A DNA stretch of 300 nucleotides, taken from NCBI RefSeq assembly GCF_003334335.1, contig NZ_QOWQ01000222.1; one strand, given 5' to 3'. Shown piece by piece: positions 1 through 300 of this stretch. Within the stretch, counting starts at the first letter, position 1; the number at the start of each line of letters is the position of its first letter. Source of the stretch: Escherichia coli (GTDB taxonomy: Bacteria; Pseudomonadota; Gammaproteobacteria; Enterobacterales; Enterobacteriaceae). The notes below the pieces were generated by a model, which was not told the origin of the DNA, did no database searches, and worked only from the letters and a program-made list of their open reading frames with translations. The translations under genes and the position numbers were made by a program.

Positions 1-1
1 T

Positions 2-77
2 TGGTGGGTCGTGCAGGATTCGAACCTGCGACCAATTGATTAAAAGTCAACTGCTCTACCAACTGAGCTAACGACCC
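2..77 (-). tRNA. tRNA-Lys (anticodon UUU), complete, 76 nt with encoded CCA
   Basis: The reverse complement of 2-77 reads GGGTCGTTAGCTCAGTTGGTAGAGCAGTTGACTTTTAATCAATTGGTCGCAGGTTCGAATCCTGCACGACCCACCA. It folds by hand into a canonical cloverleaf: acceptor stem GGGUCGU/ACGACCC, D-arm GCUC-AGUUGGUA-GAGC, anticodon stem GUUGA/UCAAU with loop CUUUUAA (anticodon UUU, complement of + 42-44), variable loop UGGUC, T-arm GCAGG-UUCGAAU-CCUGC, discriminator A, then CCA. It matches the E. coli-type tRNA-Lys sequence as I recall it. Which lysT-family paralog (lysT/W/Y/Z/Q/V) cannot be told from this window, so no symbol is given. Confidence 0.95.
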
Positions 78-111
78 ATACGGGTGTTACCTGAAAGATT
101 TTTACTCGGGG

Positions 112-128
112 CCAATCTTTAAGATTGG
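112..128. other. 17-bp perfect palindrome CCAATCTT-T-AAGATTGG overlapping the orphan CCA end
   Basis: + 112-119 ccaatctt is the exact reverse complement of + 121-128 aagattgg, with a single central base (t120). As RNA it could form at most a 6-bp stem with a 5-nt loop. A third copy of the motif, aaagatt at + 94-100, can pair with aatcttt at + 114-120 instead, so two mutually exclusive pairings exist. Confidence 0.55.
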
Positions 129-143
129 TGGGTCGTGCAGGAT
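126..143 (-). repeat. orphan tRNA-Lys 3'-end fragment (tRNA positions 59-76: AUCCUGCACGACCCACCA), third copy of the tRNA 3' terminus
   Basis: + 126-143 (tggtgggtcgtgcaggat) is identical to + 2-19 and + 224-241, i.e. the last 18 nt of the tRNA including CCA. The flanking base 125 (t) also matches position 1. Identity stops abruptly at 144 (g, versus t at position 20), which is inside the T-loop, and nothing resembling the rest of a tRNA lies upstream of it. Confidence 0.85.
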
Positions 144-168
144 GACTCGCTTCGCTCGCCCTACGGGC

Positions 169-184
169 CGTTGCTGGCGCAACG
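169..184 (-). other. inverted repeat / predicted RNA hairpin, 6-bp stem and 4-nt loop
   Basis: + 169-174 cgttgc is the exact reverse complement of + 179-184 gcaacg; the loop is 175-178 tggc. It sits in the GC-rich centre of the spacer and no U-tract follows. Confidence 0.5.
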
Positions 185-197
185 TTATCCTTCACGC

Positions 198-220
198 TTA
201 ACATCTGAGTTTGATGTTAA
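198..220 (-). other. inverted repeat / predicted RNA hairpin, 8-bp stem and 7-nt loop, starting 3 nt downstream of the upstream tRNA's CCA
   Basis: + 198-205 ttaacatc is the exact reverse complement of + 213-220 gatgttaa; the loop is 206-212 tgagttt. In the minus-strand transcript this is UUAACAUC-AAACUCA-GAUGUUAA. The stem is AU-rich (6 of 8 pairs) and no U-tract follows on either strand. Confidence 0.6.
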
Positions 221-223
221 AAC

Positions 224-299
224 TGGTGGGTCGTGCAGGATTCGAACCTGCGACCAATTGATTAAAAGTCAACTGCTCTACCAACTGAGCTAACGACCC
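224..299 (-). tRNA. tRNA-Lys (anticodon UUU), complete, 76 nt with encoded CCA
   Basis: Positions 224-299 are 76/76 identical to 2-77, checked base by base, giving the same cloverleaf; the anticodon UUU is the complement of + 264-266. The 5' end is at 299 and the CCA is encoded at 224-226 (as tgg on the + strand). Only one base of 5' flank (300) is visible, so the upstream neighbour is unknown. Confidence 0.95.
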
Positions 300-300
300 G

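Larger units (their letters stand above)
78..223 (-). other. 146-bp internal transcribed spacer between two tandem tRNA-Lys genes
   Basis: The segment lies between the CCA end of the upstream tRNA (224) and the 5' end of the downstream tRNA (77) on the same strand. No convincing -35/-10 promoter and no hairpin followed by a U-tract were found on the transcribed strand, so the two tRNAs are most likely co-transcribed and this is a processed spacer. Confidence 0.75.

Noticed and set aside
142-201. Plus-strand mini-ORF of 19 codons (ATG 142-144 to TAA 199-201, peptide MTRFARPTGRCWRNVILHA)
   Set aside because: It is very short and antisense to the tRNA transcript. The only purine-rich stretch (agga, 138-141) abuts the ATG with no spacing, so it cannot serve as a ribosome-binding site, and there is no promoter evidence on this strand.
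40-204. Minus-strand ORF of 54 codons (ATG at + 204-202, stop TAA at + 42-40) running from the spacer into the downstream tRNA-Lys gene
   Set aside because: It has no Shine-Dalgarno sequence upstream of the ATG, it overlaps a tRNA gene body, and it lies inside a tRNA polycistron. It is best explained as a chance open frame.
112-220. Rho-independent terminator at any of the three hairpins
   Set aside because: None of the stems is followed by a U/T-run on either strand, the stems are short or AU-rich, and a complete tRNA gene follows on the transcribed strand, consistent with read-through co-transcription.
78-223. Internal sigma70 promoter driving the downstream tRNA-Lys gene
   Set aside because: No TTGACA-like and TATAAT-like hexamer pair with 16-18 bp spacing was found on the minus strand. 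The few TTG-containing hexamers lack a matching -10 element.
2-299. CRISPR-like repeat array (repeated units with regular spacing)
   Set aside because: The repeated units are full 76-nt tRNA genes with cloverleaf structure at a 222-bp period, and the third short copy is a tRNA 3' fragment. These are not CRISPR-sized repeats or spacers.

Overview
The window holds two identical 76-nt tRNA-Lys(UUU) genes on the minus strand (2-77 and 224-299), separated by a 146-bp non-coding spacer (78-223). Both genes encode their 3' CCA and match, from memory, the enterobacterial (E. coli-type) tRNA-Lys sequence, so this is most likely part of a tandem tRNA-Lys array like the lysT operon. Which specific pair it is cannot be determined here. 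The spacer contains an orphan 18-nt copy of the tRNA-Lys 3' end (126-143) and three short inverted repeats (112-128, 169-184, 198-220). I see no protein-coding gene, promoter, intrinsic terminator, CRISPR array or mobile element, and no evidence of a novel multi-gene system; the findings are modest structural observations about the spacer.
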